A stretch of 41,748 bases of DNA from a virus (taxonomy: Duplodnaviria > Caudoviricetes): positions 1 to 41,748 of IMG/VR virus record IMGVR_UViG_3300022922_000019, one strand, 5' to 3'. Shown here piece after piece: positions 8,097 to 17,201 of this stretch (positions are counted from its first letter, which is position 1; the number at the start of each line of letters is the position of its first letter). The position numbers and the translations under genes were made by a program. Under the pieces are notes generated by a model, which saw only the letters and a program-made list of their open reading frames with translations, was not told where the DNA came from and searched no databases.

Positions 8097-8549
8097 ATGG
8101 AGAAAAAGATCATGTATCTAGATATGGACGGCGTCTTAGTTGATATTTTTAAAGCGTGTTCAGATAAGTATGGAAAAGATTCTATCACTAAAATAGGTGA
8201 TTTATTAGATGAAGATCCACAATTATTCTATGAAGCAGAGCCTATTCCGGGCGCCATAGAAGCTTTTAATAAATTAGTTGAGGTATTTGATGTATACTTA
8301 CTAACAAGTGCACCTTGGAAAAGTATGGGTTCTACTGAAGCTAAACAACGATGGGTTATGGAATATTTAGGAGACGCAGCAAAAAAACGTGTAATCGTAA
8401 GTCATAATAAAAACTTAATGATAGGAGATTATTTGATCGATGATAGAACTGCTAATGGAGCCGGCGAATTTAAGGGAGAACTAATTCAGTTTGGAACTGA
8501 AAGGTATCCAAATTGGAAAGAGGTTCTTAAATATTTAAATGTAGAGTAA
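8097..8549 (+). CDS. 5'(3')-deoxyribonucleotidase (NT5C, HAD family)
   Basis: YLDMDGVLVD, PIPGAIEA, KQRWV, GDYLIDDR. Confidence 0.88.
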   Translation: MEKKIMYLDMDGVLVDIFKACSDKYGKDSITKIGDLLDEDPQLFYEAEPIPGAIEAFNKLVEVFDVYLLTSAPWKSMGSTEAKQRWVMEYLGDAAKKRVIVSHNKNLMIGDYLIDDRTANGAGEFKGELIQFGTERYPNWKEVLKYLNVE

Positions 8550-8550
8550 T

Positions 8551-8778
8551 ATGGAATGTGATATATCTAGAGTTTTTGAAATTCATAAAAAAGCCAATAA
8601 AGTAATTAGCTCATGTCAAAATGAAATTCATTTAAAGGGAGCATATGCGTATTGTGAAAATGTAAAAAATTACATGTCTTTCATTAATACTCAAACTACA
8701 GAAGAAACAGAACTTATCAATTCTATTCTTTTTAATATAGAAAAAAGCTTAAATGTTAAAAAAGCTACAATAAAATAA
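8551..8778 (+). CDS. hypothetical protein
   Basis: 75 aa, tightly packed in the operon. Confidence 0.6.
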   Translation: MECDISRVFEIHKKANKVISSCQNEIHLKGAYAYCENVKNYMSFINTQTTEETELINSILFNIEKSLNVKKATIK

Positions 8779-8797
8779 ACAACAAACAATGCTTTAT

Positions 8798-8844
8798 AAA
8801 ATCCCAGTAAAATTGTTCGTAACTTTTTTAGCTGGGATTTTTTT
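8798..8844 (+). terminator. terminator-like hairpin overlapping the 47-bp repeat
   Basis: AAAATCCCAG (8798-8807) / CTGGGATTTT (8832-8841) followed by a T tract. Confidence 0.65.
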
Positions 8845-8882
8845 ATGTCAATAATTTGTGGTATATTAGTAGTATAATTAAA
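8836..8882 (+). promoter_or_regulatory. 47-bp intergenic repeat (copy C)
   Basis: GATTTTTTTATGTCAATAATTTGTGGTATATTAGTAGTATAATTAAA. Confidence 0.75.
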
Positions 8883-8892
8883 AGTTAAACAT

Positions 8893-9303
8893 ATGACAGA
8901 TTTTAAATTTAATGCAGCCGATGTGAAAGCCAATGGCGTTGGTGGTAGCGGTTACCAAGCAGTTTTAAAGTATCGTGACGCTGTTCGCTCTATTGTAGAC
9001 GAAGTAGTCAATACAATTGGTCGAGATAGACTCTATGAACTTGCAGTAGCTTCGGGTGATAAACACGATAATTTTTCCGCCGGTTCTAGATTTAATTCTA
9101 ATGAAGACCTAACTTATAGATTAGTTACTTCTCTAGCAGGTTATATTTGGCCTAAGTTTAAAAATGATCTATTGACAGAAATGTATGTAGGTGGTCTTTT
9201 TGCTAGACTAAGTTATGACGAGAAACAGATTTTAGTGGTAGATGCTGCCCGCGATTGTGCAGGTGCAGATCATTGGTATACATTTGAAAAAGATTGGGGG
9301 TAA
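8893..9303 (+). CDS. hypothetical protein
   Basis: 136 aa, directly after repeat copy C. Confidence 0.75.
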   Translation: MTDFKFNAADVKANGVGGSGYQAVLKYRDAVRSIVDEVVNTIGRDRLYELAVASGDKHDNFSAGSRFNSNEDLTYRLVTSLAGYIWPKFKNDLLTEMYVGGLFARLSYDEKQILVVDAARDCAGADHWYTFEKDWG

Positions 9304-9524
9304 TGATGGACATTGATGATCGGTTTTACCGTATTGCAAAAACACCATATGTTGTGTTTATAGATGATAAATCAATTCACGAGGTAGAAAATATAGAGGT
9401 GTTTGATAATATGATATTGATAGAGACCAATACAGGTTTTTTATTCAATGACATGGATGTATTTACCGTTGAAGAAATGGTTGATGTAGAAAATAAAGTA
9501 GAAGAATTAATTAATAATGCTTAA
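9303..9524 (+). CDS. hypothetical acidic protein
   Basis: TAATG stop/start overlap at 9301-9305. Confidence 0.65.
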   Translation: MMDIDDRFYRIAKTPYVVFIDDKSIHEVENIEVFDNMILIETNTGFLFNDMDVFTVEEMVDVENKVEELINNA

Positions 9525-9525
9525 G

Positions 9526-9696
9526 ATGGAATTAAAGAAAAAGATTAAGTCGAAGATATTAACGTATTTATTTAATGATTGGGTTAAAACTGAAGAAGAT
9601 ATAGAAACTCTTCAATTGACCAAAATGATGATTGAAAATAGAGCTAATACTATTTGTCCACCTAAACCAACTATCGGGTTTAGATCGCGTTTATGA
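9526..9696 (+). CDS. small hypothetical protein (56 aa, not in ORF track)
   Basis: MELKKKIKSKILTYLFNDWVK...GFRSRL fills the gap and has an ATGA overlap with the RNA ligase. Alternative start at 9517. Confidence 0.6.
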   Translation: MELKKKIKSKILTYLFNDWVKTEEDIETLQLTKMMIENRANTICPPKPTIGFRSRL

Positions 9697-10733
9697 AAAT
9701 AACTAAAGATATATTAGAGAGATATGTTGCGGAAGGTTGGTTGATCTCACAAACTCACCCGACTTTACCTTTAACTATTTATAACTATTCTCAAGCAACT
9801 CAATATGAGGCTAAATGGGATGAGGTTACTCTTTCATGTCGAGGTCTTGTGTTTGACGACGAGGGAAATCAAGTGTCATATCCATTTAAGAAGTTCTTTA
9901 ACATTGAAGAGAACAAACACACTCCAGCTAATGACTTTGAAATCTACGAAAAGGTAGACGGTTCATTAATCACAGTCTTCAATTACAACGGAGAGTGGGT
10001 TGTTTCTTCAAGAGGTTCGTTCACTTCAGATCAGGCAATTGCTGCTCAGAAACTCTTCAAGCAGTTAATGAACCTAGATCGTATCGATAAGGCAGCAACT
10101 TATCTTTTCGAGTTAATTGCTCCATGGAATCGAATTGTTGTAGACTACGGTGAACGCGAAGAGTTGATCTTACTTGGTGCTCGAGCTAAATACTTTGAAG
10201 CATCTCATTTAGATTTATATGAATTGTCTAAGATGTTAGGTTGCAACTTGATCCGTAAGTTTGACTTTGATGATTACAAAGAGATTCAAAAGTTAAACTG
10301 GGAAAACAATGAAGGCTTTATTGTCAGATTTTCTAATGGAGATCGTTGCAAGATTAAGTTTGCAGATTATGTGAAGTTGCACCGAGTTTTGACTAACTGC
10401 TCTTCTTATGATATTTGGGAGAACTTGAAAGAGTTTAACAAATTACCTGAAGAGATGTTGCAAGATGTACCTGATGAGTTCTATGATTGGGTTCACGGAG
10501 TTGAATGGAAACTTAGAAAGAGTTTCAATCACATTGAACATTTGCATATGGCGTACCTTTCGTCTATAATTAGATATGGACTTGATCGTAAAGAATTTGC
10601 GTTGAGAGTTCAAGAGCTAGATGATGCCAATCACGGACTTATTTTTGCTATGTATAACAATAAACAAGATAAGGTAAAACAACTAATTTGGAAAATGATA
10701 AAACCAGAATACGAAAAACCATTTAAAAAATGA
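9693..10733 (+). CDS. RNA ligase (T4 Rnl1-like)
   Basis: CRGLV, PFKKFFN, motif I EKVDGSL, SRGSF, LFELI, NRIVVDY, motif IV EGFIV, motif V KIK. Confidence 0.9.
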   Translation: MKITKDILERYVAEGWLISQTHPTLPLTIYNYSQATQYEAKWDEVTLSCRGLVFDDEGNQVSYPFKKFFNIEENKHTPANDFEIYEKVDGSLITVFNYNGEWVVSSRGSFTSDQAIAAQKLFKQLMNLDRIDKAATYLFELIAPWNRIVVDYGEREELILLGARAKYFEASHLDLYELSKMLGCNLIRKFDFDDYKEIQKLNWENNEGFIVRFSNGDRCKIKFADYVKLHRVLTNCSSYDIWENLKEFNKLPEEMLQDVPDEFYDWVHGVEWKLRKSFNHIEHLHMAYLSSIIRYGLDRKEFALRVQELDDANHGLIFAMYNNKQDKVKQLIWKMIKPEYEKPFKK

Positions 10734-11116
10734 AAGAATTATATTTATTAAGAGGATTGCCGGGGAGTGGCAAATCAACAATTGCAAAATCATTAGCAGG
10801 ATGTCACGTAGAAGCAGATATGTATTTTATGAATGACGGTAGGTATGAATTTGATGCATCTAAATTATCTGAAGCACATAATTTCTGTCAAAACAGAGCA
10901 GCTTCTTACATGTATACCAATTGGCCGAGAGTTGTTGTTTCTAATACATTTACACAAGAGTGGGAAATGGAAGCTTATTATGAACTTGCTAAAAAGTATG
11001 GCTATACTGTTTTCTCTTTAGTGGTAGAGAATCGTCACGGAGGTGTTAATAAACACATGGTTCCTGATAATGTCATAGAAAAAATGGAAAATAGATTTAC
11101 TATTAAATTAAAATAA
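10730..11116 (+). CDS. P-loop kinase (AAA_33 / polynucleotide-kinase-like)
   Basis: LLRGLPGSGKST, EADMYF, VVVSNTF. Confidence 0.85.
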   Translation: MKELYLLRGLPGSGKSTIAKSLAGCHVEADMYFMNDGRYEFDASKLSEAHNFCQNRAASYMYTNWPRVVVSNTFTQEWEMEAYYELAKKYGYTVFSLVVENRHGGVNKHMVPDNVIEKMENRFTIKLK

Positions 11117-11125
11117 TTAACTCCA

Positions 11126-11172
11126 GATTTTTTTATGTCAAATATTTGTGGTATATTAGTATTATAATTAAA
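11126..11172 (+). promoter_or_regulatory. 47-bp intergenic repeat (copy D)
   Basis: Three mismatches versus copies B/C. Confidence 0.75.
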
Positions 11173-11182
11173 GATAAAGCAT

Positions 11183-11485
11183 ATGAAATTATTTAAAGAT
11201 TTAGAATTTAAGCAAAAAGCGATTGGCGGTACTGGTGCTATAATGAAATTTGATAATGGATTTACAATTAGCGTTCAGGCAGGTTCTTTTGCTTACTCAA
11301 CTCCTAGAGAAGATATGGATAGTCCTAATGACTTCGTCTCATTTGAGATAGCAATATTTGGACCTCCTAGCGGAGACTTTGTTACTAAGGAATTTATACC
11401 AGAATTGGATGACGATGTTTTAGGATGGCAAAGCAGAGAGCAAATTAATACAATAATGATAATGATACAAAATCATGGAAAATAA
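11183..11485 (+). CDS. hypothetical phage protein
   Basis: 100 aa with FDNGFTISV and DDVLGW; follows repeat copy D. Confidence 0.75.
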   Translation: MKLFKDLEFKQKAIGGTGAIMKFDNGFTISVQAGSFAYSTPREDMDSPNDFVSFEIAIFGPPSGDFVTKEFIPELDDDVLGWQSREQINTIMIMIQNHGK

Positions 11486-11939
11486 AACTATAATCTTTGA
11501 CTTAGACGGTACACTTGCACTTATTGACGATAGACGTGCACTTGCAACCAAGGAAAATGGAAAAATAAATTGGGATGTCTTTTTTAATCCAGACAATATT
11601 CAATTAGACAAACCAAACTGGCCAGTAATTGAAATGGCAAAAACATTAAAAAATGCTGGAAATAGAATTGTAATTTTTAGTGGAAGATCTAAAGCAACTA
11701 AGGAAGTTACTAAAGATTGGTTGAATCAACATGGCGTACCATTCGATGTTATAAAAATGAGACCAACTGGTAATGGGTTTCAATTTATGGCGGATGATTT
11801 ACTAAAAAAGAAATGGCTTGAGGATTTATTTCCAAATACAGACGATATTCTTTGTGTGTTTGATGACCGAGACAAAGTAGTAAAAATGTGGCGAGATAAT
11901 GGAATCAGTTGTTTCCAAGTTGCTCAGGGTAATTTTTAA
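11475..11939 (+). CDS. HAD 3'-phosphatase (T4 PNK phosphatase-domain-like)
   Basis: IFDLDGTLA, FSGR, MRP, VFDDR, MWR...FQVAQGNF. Confidence 0.88.
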   Translation: MENKTIIFDLDGTLALIDDRRALATKENGKINWDVFFNPDNIQLDKPNWPVIEMAKTLKNAGNRIVIFSGRSKATKEVTKDWLNQHGVPFDVIKMRPTGNGFQFMADDLLKKKWLEDLFPNTDDILCVFDDRDKVVKMWRDNGISCFQVAQGNF

Positions 11940-11950
11940 ATTTATATAAT

Positions 11951-12310
11951 ATGATAGGTGGAGTACAACCAAAAGTAATAATGAATGTTGACGATGATGG
12001 TAATCTAGTCATGACTGATCAATTTGTAGATCTTTTTTATAAAGAACAAGAAATAAATTGGAAGTTAGTCAGAGAGCGTGACGGTTTGACAAAACAATCT
12101 AGAGCTGTTACATGGATTGAATGGAATGATGACGGAACATTTAAAGAACAATTTGAAAAGATCGATATCGGTAGAAGTTTAATAATGAGTCCATTTAGTA
12201 ATGCGTTCACGTGGCAAACAACTCCGGTAACAGAGATTGTAGAACAACAAGAAGACTATATTAAATTTAAGACTAAAAATTCAAATTACGAATTGTTTAA
12301 AATAAATTAA
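11951..12310 (+). CDS. hypothetical protein
   Basis: 119-aa ORF with FTWQTT...FKTKNSNYEL. Confidence 0.75.
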   Translation: MIGGVQPKVIMNVDDDGNLVMTDQFVDLFYKEQEINWKLVRERDGLTKQSRAVTWIEWNDDGTFKEQFEKIDIGRSLIMSPFSNAFTWQTTPVTEIVEQQEDYIKFKTKNSNYELFKIN

Positions 12311-12906
12311 TGAGTAGTCGTCAATTTACATGGTGGAGAAGATTTGTGGGGGTTCAGAAGTTACCTAAACAATATTTGTACAAAGGAGCTTCTGAGCTTT
12401 TACAACGCATAGAGTTCGGAGAATATGAATGTGATCACTTAGGCCGAGAGGTCTATCTCGAAGACAAGATTTATGAAGCTAAAGTTGAGGCTATTAAAAA
12501 AGAGAAACCGTGGCTTAAAGGCGAAACATTGACTGAAGCGGTAGAATATGATCGTAAGTTGTATAATAAACGAAAGGCTGTGATGATGAAAAATCATTTA
12601 GAGGCTGAACAGAAATTGTTGTGGAAATTAGCAGAAGATTTAGCTAAAGAATTTAATATGTCTAAAGAAGATGTAAGTGATTTAATGGAAACATTCGATG
12701 CTACTACGCGTGAACTCTATTTTAAATGTATGAGTATTTCAATTGGTAAAGAGATTAATCCAGATAAAATGCAAAGATTTTTCCCTGAACAACCTCGACA
12801 TATTTTAAAGCCCAAAGAACGTAAATATGCAAAGCTTTGGATAGATTTAGTTAAACATAATAAGTGGCAGAGATTTTTGAATTGGGAAACATTTAGTAAT
12901 TCTTAA
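12310..12906 (+). CDS. hypothetical protein
   Basis: 198 aa; TAATG overlap with the upstream gene. Confidence 0.75.
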   Translation: MSSRQFTWWRRFVGVQKLPKQYLYKGASELLQRIEFGEYECDHLGREVYLEDKIYEAKVEAIKKEKPWLKGETLTEAVEYDRKLYNKRKAVMMKNHLEAEQKLLWKLAEDLAKEFNMSKEDVSDLMETFDATTRELYFKCMSISIGKEINPDKMQRFFPEQPRHILKPKERKYAKLWIDLVKHNKWQRFLNWETFSNS

Positions 12907-12912
12907 GTATAA
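12887..12912 (+). promoter_or_regulatory. AAAC-N17-TATAA promoter-like motif (copy 3)
   Basis: AAAC 12887-12890, TATAA 12908-12912; upstream of the uvsE unit. Confidence 0.55.
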
Positions 12913-12917
12913 CAATA

Positions 12918-13124
12918 GTGAATATATTTCAATACATATCTTTTTATTTAATGATAGGTGTAACCTTTAATGCACTATACGATTTAGTAATATCTTATAT
13001 AAAAAATGAGGATCTTCGTTTTAATATAAAAGAGCGAATAGTTTTCACTCTAATTTGGCCAATATACTTAGCATTACTATTATTTAATTATATTAAAAAT
13101 ATTATAAATGGATCAAACAACTAA
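12918..13124 (+). CDS. small membrane protein
   Basis: Two hydrophobic segments and LIWP; GTG start. Confidence 0.5.
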   Translation: MNIFQYISFYLMIGVTFNALYDLVISYIKNEDLRFNIKERIVFTLIWPIYLALLLFNYIKNIINGSNN

Positions 13125-14040
13125 TTACGGATACTGTTGTATTAATACGACTTTACAAAAGTCTGACAAAATCACTACTAATCGCAGTATGATTAAGCGC
13201 ACCTTTGCAGAGAAAGGTATTGAGTACGCCTCAGAGTTGGCTCTCGCTAACGTTAAGGATCTCGTTAAAATTATTAACTGGAATAATCGTCAAGGCATTA
13301 AGCTATTCAGAATTAGTTCTGATATGTTCCCGTGGATGAGTGAATATAATTTATCTGATTTACCTGATTATGATAAAATTTCTAATATCCTTCGAGGTGC
13401 CGGCAAAATTGCAATGGATAATGGTCAACGTCTAACATTCCATCCGGGTCCATTTGATGTTTTAGCTTCAACTACACAGTCGGTAGTTGACAAGTGTATC
13501 AAAGATCTTAATAAACACGGGGAAATAATGGATCTTTTGGGTTTACCACGCAATCACTCTGCTCCTATTAATATACATGTTAATACTACACAAGGTGGTA
13601 AAGAAGCTTCTATGCAAAGATTCTGTGATAACTTCCACCTATTAGATGCATCTGTTCGTACACGGTTAGTTGTTGAAAATGACGATAAAGAGAAACAATA
13701 CACAACAGAGGATTTATACCAAGGTGTATATTCTAAAGTTGGTGTACCCATCACGTTTGATTATCATCATCATTGGTGTCATCCCGGAGAATTGACACAA
13801 GAAGAAGCTCTTAAATTAGCTTCGACTACGTGGCCAAAGGGAATCAAACAGCTTGTACATTATTCTTCATGTCAAATGATACACGAAGATGAGACGCAAA
13901 CTAATAAAAGAGCTCACGCTGATTATATCTACGAGTATATAGACACATATGGTTTATTATTAGATATTGAATTAGAAGCTAAAGCAAAGGAATTAGCATT
14001 AGAAAATTATTTGAAACAAAATCAACTACAATTAATATAA
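13108..14040 (+). CDS. uvsE: UV-damage endonuclease (UvsE/UVDE)
   Basis: GYCCIN, FRISSDMFP, RLTFHPG, INIHV, RLVVENDD, FDYHHH, HYS, HADY, EAKAKE. Confidence 0.93.
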   Translation: MDQTTNYGYCCINTTLQKSDKITTNRSMIKRTFAEKGIEYASELALANVKDLVKIINWNNRQGIKLFRISSDMFPWMSEYNLSDLPDYDKISNILRGAGKIAMDNGQRLTFHPGPFDVLASTTQSVVDKCIKDLNKHGEIMDLLGLPRNHSAPINIHVNTTQGGKEASMQRFCDNFHLLDASVRTRLVVENDDKEKQYTTEDLYQGVYSKVGVPITFDYHHHWCHPGELTQEEALKLASTTWPKGIKQLVHYSSCQMIHEDETQTNKRAHADYIYEYIDTYGLLLDIELEAKAKELALENYLKQNQLQLI

Positions 14041-14051
14041 ATTATAAAAAT

Positions 14052-14249
14052 ATGAAAAAATTGTTTAAAAGAACAACGAGCTATTTAAATAAAAGAATTG
14101 CTGGAGTACAGGGTACTTTATTCCTTTTATTTGCTATTATATCAATCTCTATGAATTCTAATAAATTCTGGATGTTTATGATTAGTTCAATTATTTTTAC
14201 AGCATTACAAACAATTATTGACGAACTTAGAAAATTAAATAATAAATAA
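14052..14249 (+). CDS. small 2-TM membrane protein
   Basis: Basic N-terminus followed by two hydrophobic helices. Confidence 0.6.
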   Translation: MKKLFKRTTSYLNKRIAGVQGTLFLLFAIISISMNSNKFWMFMISSIIFTALQTIIDELRKLNNK

Positions 14250-14252
14250 AAT

Positions 14253-14498
14253 ATGAGTTTAAAAGTAGATGCTCTTAGAGCAAAGTACATCGCGATGAGA
14301 TTAGAAGCTATCGCAACATTAGAGGTATATACCAAGAATGCAGCAGGTATTGGCGAACATCCTCAGATTATTGAAGAGATGGATAAATTAGTCAGAGTAA
14401 TTGCAGATGTTAATGGTTATTTAGAAGCATTAGATAGCGTCTTTGTTGCCAATGATAATGGTACAGAAATAGGTGAAACTGGTCCTATAAACGACTGA
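14253..14498 (+). CDS. hypothetical phage protein
   Basis: 81 aa with GIGEHP motif. Confidence 0.75.
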   Translation: MSLKVDALRAKYIAMRLEAIATLEVYTKNAAGIGEHPQIIEEMDKLVRVIADVNGYLEALDSVFVANDNGTEIGETGPIND

Positions 14499-14521
14499 TA
14501 AAATATGAACCTTAACCTATT

Positions 14522-14553
14522 AAATGGGATGCAGAAATGCGTCCCATTTTTTT
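14522..14553 (+). terminator. intrinsic terminator
   Basis: AAATGGGATGCA-GAAA-TGCGTCCCATTT plus T tract; GATATATA follows at 14556. Confidence 0.88.
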
Positions 14554-14567
14554 ATGATATATAATTT

Positions 14568-15266
14568 ATGAAATACGTAAAAACATATGAACACTTTATA
14601 GGAGAAGGTCGATCTGCGTATGATGGATTAGCTTCTAAATTAACTAGAAGTGTATTTAATAAATGGGTCAAATCGTACAAAGGTGGAAGCGATACCATAA
14701 ATTACGGAGATCAAATTGAAGAAAGAGGTTTAGAATTTGATATCGAAGCTACTATTCATATTGATAATAAATTTAAAGGATTTGAAGTATTAGATTCGAC
14801 AGGTGCTGATGGAAGAGATGAAGATGATGATGGAGATTTTCAAACACCATATATTGTTATAGATTTTGGCTTAAATCCAGAATGGATACCAGGTGAATGG
14901 TCGACTGTTTATTTTCATTTAGCTGATGTGATTAGACATGAAATGGAACATATTACACAAGACGGTATCGATACTGGAAATTACAGAAGCGGTAAACCCA
15001 ATGAAGATGATAGTGAGCTTAGAGCATATATAAAAATGGGTCTTTTACCAAAATCGCAATATTTAATGTTACCTAAAGAGGTAGATGCTAATTTACAAGG
15101 ACTTAGATATGAAGCTAAGAAACGAAAAGAATCGATGTCAGATGCTGTTAACCGTTATTTAGATACACAAGAACAAGGTGGAGTTATTAATGGCACTGAA
15201 AGAGAAGATGTATTGGATCTTTGGAGAAGAAGAGCTAAAAAAATAGGTGGAATACCTAAGTTTTAA
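14568..15266 (+). CDS. tagged protein with HExxH zincin-like metallopeptidase motif
   Basis: N-terminal MKYVKTYEHFIGE; IRHEMEH with a distal E in PKEVDA. Confidence 0.65.
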   Translation: MKYVKTYEHFIGEGRSAYDGLASKLTRSVFNKWVKSYKGGSDTINYGDQIEERGLEFDIEATIHIDNKFKGFEVLDSTGADGRDEDDDGDFQTPYIVIDFGLNPEWIPGEWSTVYFHLADVIRHEMEHITQDGIDTGNYRSGKPNEDDSELRAYIKMGLLPKSQYLMLPKEVDANLQGLRYEAKKRKESMSDAVNRYLDTQEQGGVINGTEREDVLDLWRRRAKKIGGIPKF

Positions 15267-15268
15267 TC

Positions 15269-15613
15269 ATGAGAAGTATTAAAATATTTGAAGATTTTAT
15301 AAAAGAAGGATATGTTATGCAAGATTTAGAAAAAGAGTTAGGTATAATTCTTGATCTATGGGATAACGGTGATCATTTAGAATTAGGTAAAATTGAAGTG
15401 CCTAAAAATTTAAGAGGAACCGGTGTAGGCACCAAGGCCATGGAAAGAATTGTAGCATTTGCTGACAAAGAAGGTAAAGATATTAGACTTACACCTAGTA
15501 CAGATTTCGGTGCTACTTCAGTTTCTAGATTAAAGAAATTTTATAAAGGATTTGATTTTATAAAAAATAAAGATTATAAGTATAAAGATACTATGGTCAG
15601 ATACGCACAATAA
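15269..15613 (+). CDS. tagged GNAT acetyltransferase
   Basis: N-terminal MRSIKIFEDFIKE; acetyl-CoA motif VPKNLRGTGVGT; LKKFYKGFDF. Confidence 0.85.
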   Translation: MRSIKIFEDFIKEGYVMQDLEKELGIILDLWDNGDHLELGKIEVPKNLRGTGVGTKAMERIVAFADKEGKDIRLTPSTDFGATSVSRLKKFYKGFDFIKNKDYKYKDTMVRYAQ

Positions 15614-15614
15614 T

Positions 15615-16271
15615 ATGAAATATATTAAATTATTTGAGGACTTTGTTAATGAACAAGATAGTTACAATGATTATCCTTCTGCAGCCAAAAAGAATGCACA
15701 ATTAGCAATCGATTGGAAAGAAAAATACGGACGAGAAGAGGTCGATGCGGGTACTGCAGTGGGTTGGGCTAGAGCACATCAATTAGCAAAGGGTGAAAAT
15801 CTATCAGCGGATACTGTTAAACGAATGGCGTCATTTAATAGGCATCGTAAAAACTCTACAATATCTTCTGAATTTAAAGATACTCCGTGGAAAGATAAAG
15901 GTTATGTTTCTTGGTTAATTTGGGGTGGAGATGAAGGTGTCGATTGGGCGCTTGAAAAATCAAAAGAAATAGATGAATCAATTCTGGAAAAGAAAAAAAG
16001 TAAGCCAAAAACAGATAAACAAAAAATAAAAGATTTAACTAAAAAGCAAAAGAAATTATCTGATAAAACTAAAGATATTAAGGATCAGATAAATAAGATG
16101 GCAAAGGACGACAAAAAAGAACCTACTGAAAAATTACAAGCTGCTTTACTAAAAGCTCAAATGCAACAAACTTCAGTAGACGGTATGAAAGCGTCAGTTC
16201 AAAAACAACAAATAGCCTTAAAATCTAAATTAAAAACGGCTAAAAAGAAGGAGTCATCACGTAAGAGTTAA
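15615..16271 (+). CDS. tagged phage protein with Lys-rich coiled-coil tail
   Basis: N-terminal MKYIKLFEDFVNE; GTAVGWARAHQLAKG...TVKRM...WLIWGGD domain; very basic C-terminus. Confidence 0.7.
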   Translation: MKYIKLFEDFVNEQDSYNDYPSAAKKNAQLAIDWKEKYGREEVDAGTAVGWARAHQLAKGENLSADTVKRMASFNRHRKNSTISSEFKDTPWKDKGYVSWLIWGGDEGVDWALEKSKEIDESILEKKKSKPKTDKQKIKDLTKKQKKLSDKTKDIKDQINKMAKDDKKEPTEKLQAALLKAQMQQTSVDGMKASVQKQQIALKSKLKTAKKKESSRKS

Positions 16272-16273
16272 AT

Positions 16274-17182
16274 ATGAAAAGAAAAGGATCAGAGTCTATT
16301 AATATTTTTATTGAAAGATCAGAAAATTGGACCGAATGGTTTATAAATAAATTAAGTGAAAGGGGTAATCATGAATGGCAAAATCATGAATTAGATTTTT
16401 ATAAACACATGGATGCAACATACGTGCTACATGTGCCAGAATTTACAGAAAGGAAGGTCATAACATCCGATAGATTATCAGAACAAAAAATTAAATCAGG
16501 AAAAACACTATTAGATACTGTTACTTGGTGGAATGGATTTTATGGGGAAAACCATATAGATCCTTTGATTCATATACCTGATTTTACATATCATTATTGT
16601 TGGTTAACTAACCCTGATCCATTTCAAAAATTTGGCAAAAAAGAAGATGAAGTAATTGACATTATGTCAGTTGAACAGATGCAGAACTTTATTATAACCT
16701 CATCTCAGGCTGAAAGCAATATAGCTATGGGACATGTTGATATCCTAAAAGATATTGTAAAGAAAGGTCATAGAGCTGCGCTTATAATGGAAGATGATAT
16801 TACCTTTGGTGCTGGAGCAATGTGGTTATTAGAATCTATGTTTGAAGAACAATTACCACACGATTGGGATTTAGTGTATTTAGGCGGACAACCATGTGAT
16901 TGGGGATTTGAATCAGAATCTTATTCAAGAGATTTAGATAGAGTCTATAATGGTGTATATTGGATGTCAGGTTATATAATAAGTCAGTCAGGTGCCCGCA
17001 AATTACTAGATAATTTACCTGTAATTGGGCCAGTTGACGTATGGATTAATCACCACCTTAGAGATATGAAAGTTTATACAACATTTAAGCCGTATATTGG
17101 TCAAGATAAAACACTTGATAGTTATAATCGTTATTCATTTGCAGATGCTATTCTAAAAGAGAATAATAACAAAGATATATAA
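16274..17182 (+). CDS. glycosyltransferase family 25-like
   Basis: LIMEDD, DWDLVYLG, GYIISQSGARKLL, PVD. Confidence 0.8.
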   Translation: MKRKGSESINIFIERSENWTEWFINKLSERGNHEWQNHELDFYKHMDATYVLHVPEFTERKVITSDRLSEQKIKSGKTLLDTVTWWNGFYGENHIDPLIHIPDFTYHYCWLTNPDPFQKFGKKEDEVIDIMSVEQMQNFIITSSQAESNIAMGHVDILKDIVKKGHRAALIMEDDITFGAGAMWLLESMFEEQLPHDWDLVYLGGQPCDWGFESESYSRDLDRVYNGVYWMSGYIISQSGARKLLDNLPVIGPVDVWINHHLRDMKVYTTFKPYIGQDKTLDSYNRYSFADAILKENNNKDI

Positions 17183-17201
17183 ATAAAAATAATATAATAA
17201 T

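Noticed and set aside
2216-11172. 47-bp repeat as a minus-strand sigma70 promoter (TGTCAA = reverse TTGACA) or as CRISPR repeats
   Set aside because: No -10 element at 17 nt on the minus strand in the copies checked (A, B), no minus-strand genes to drive, and the copies are kilobases apart.
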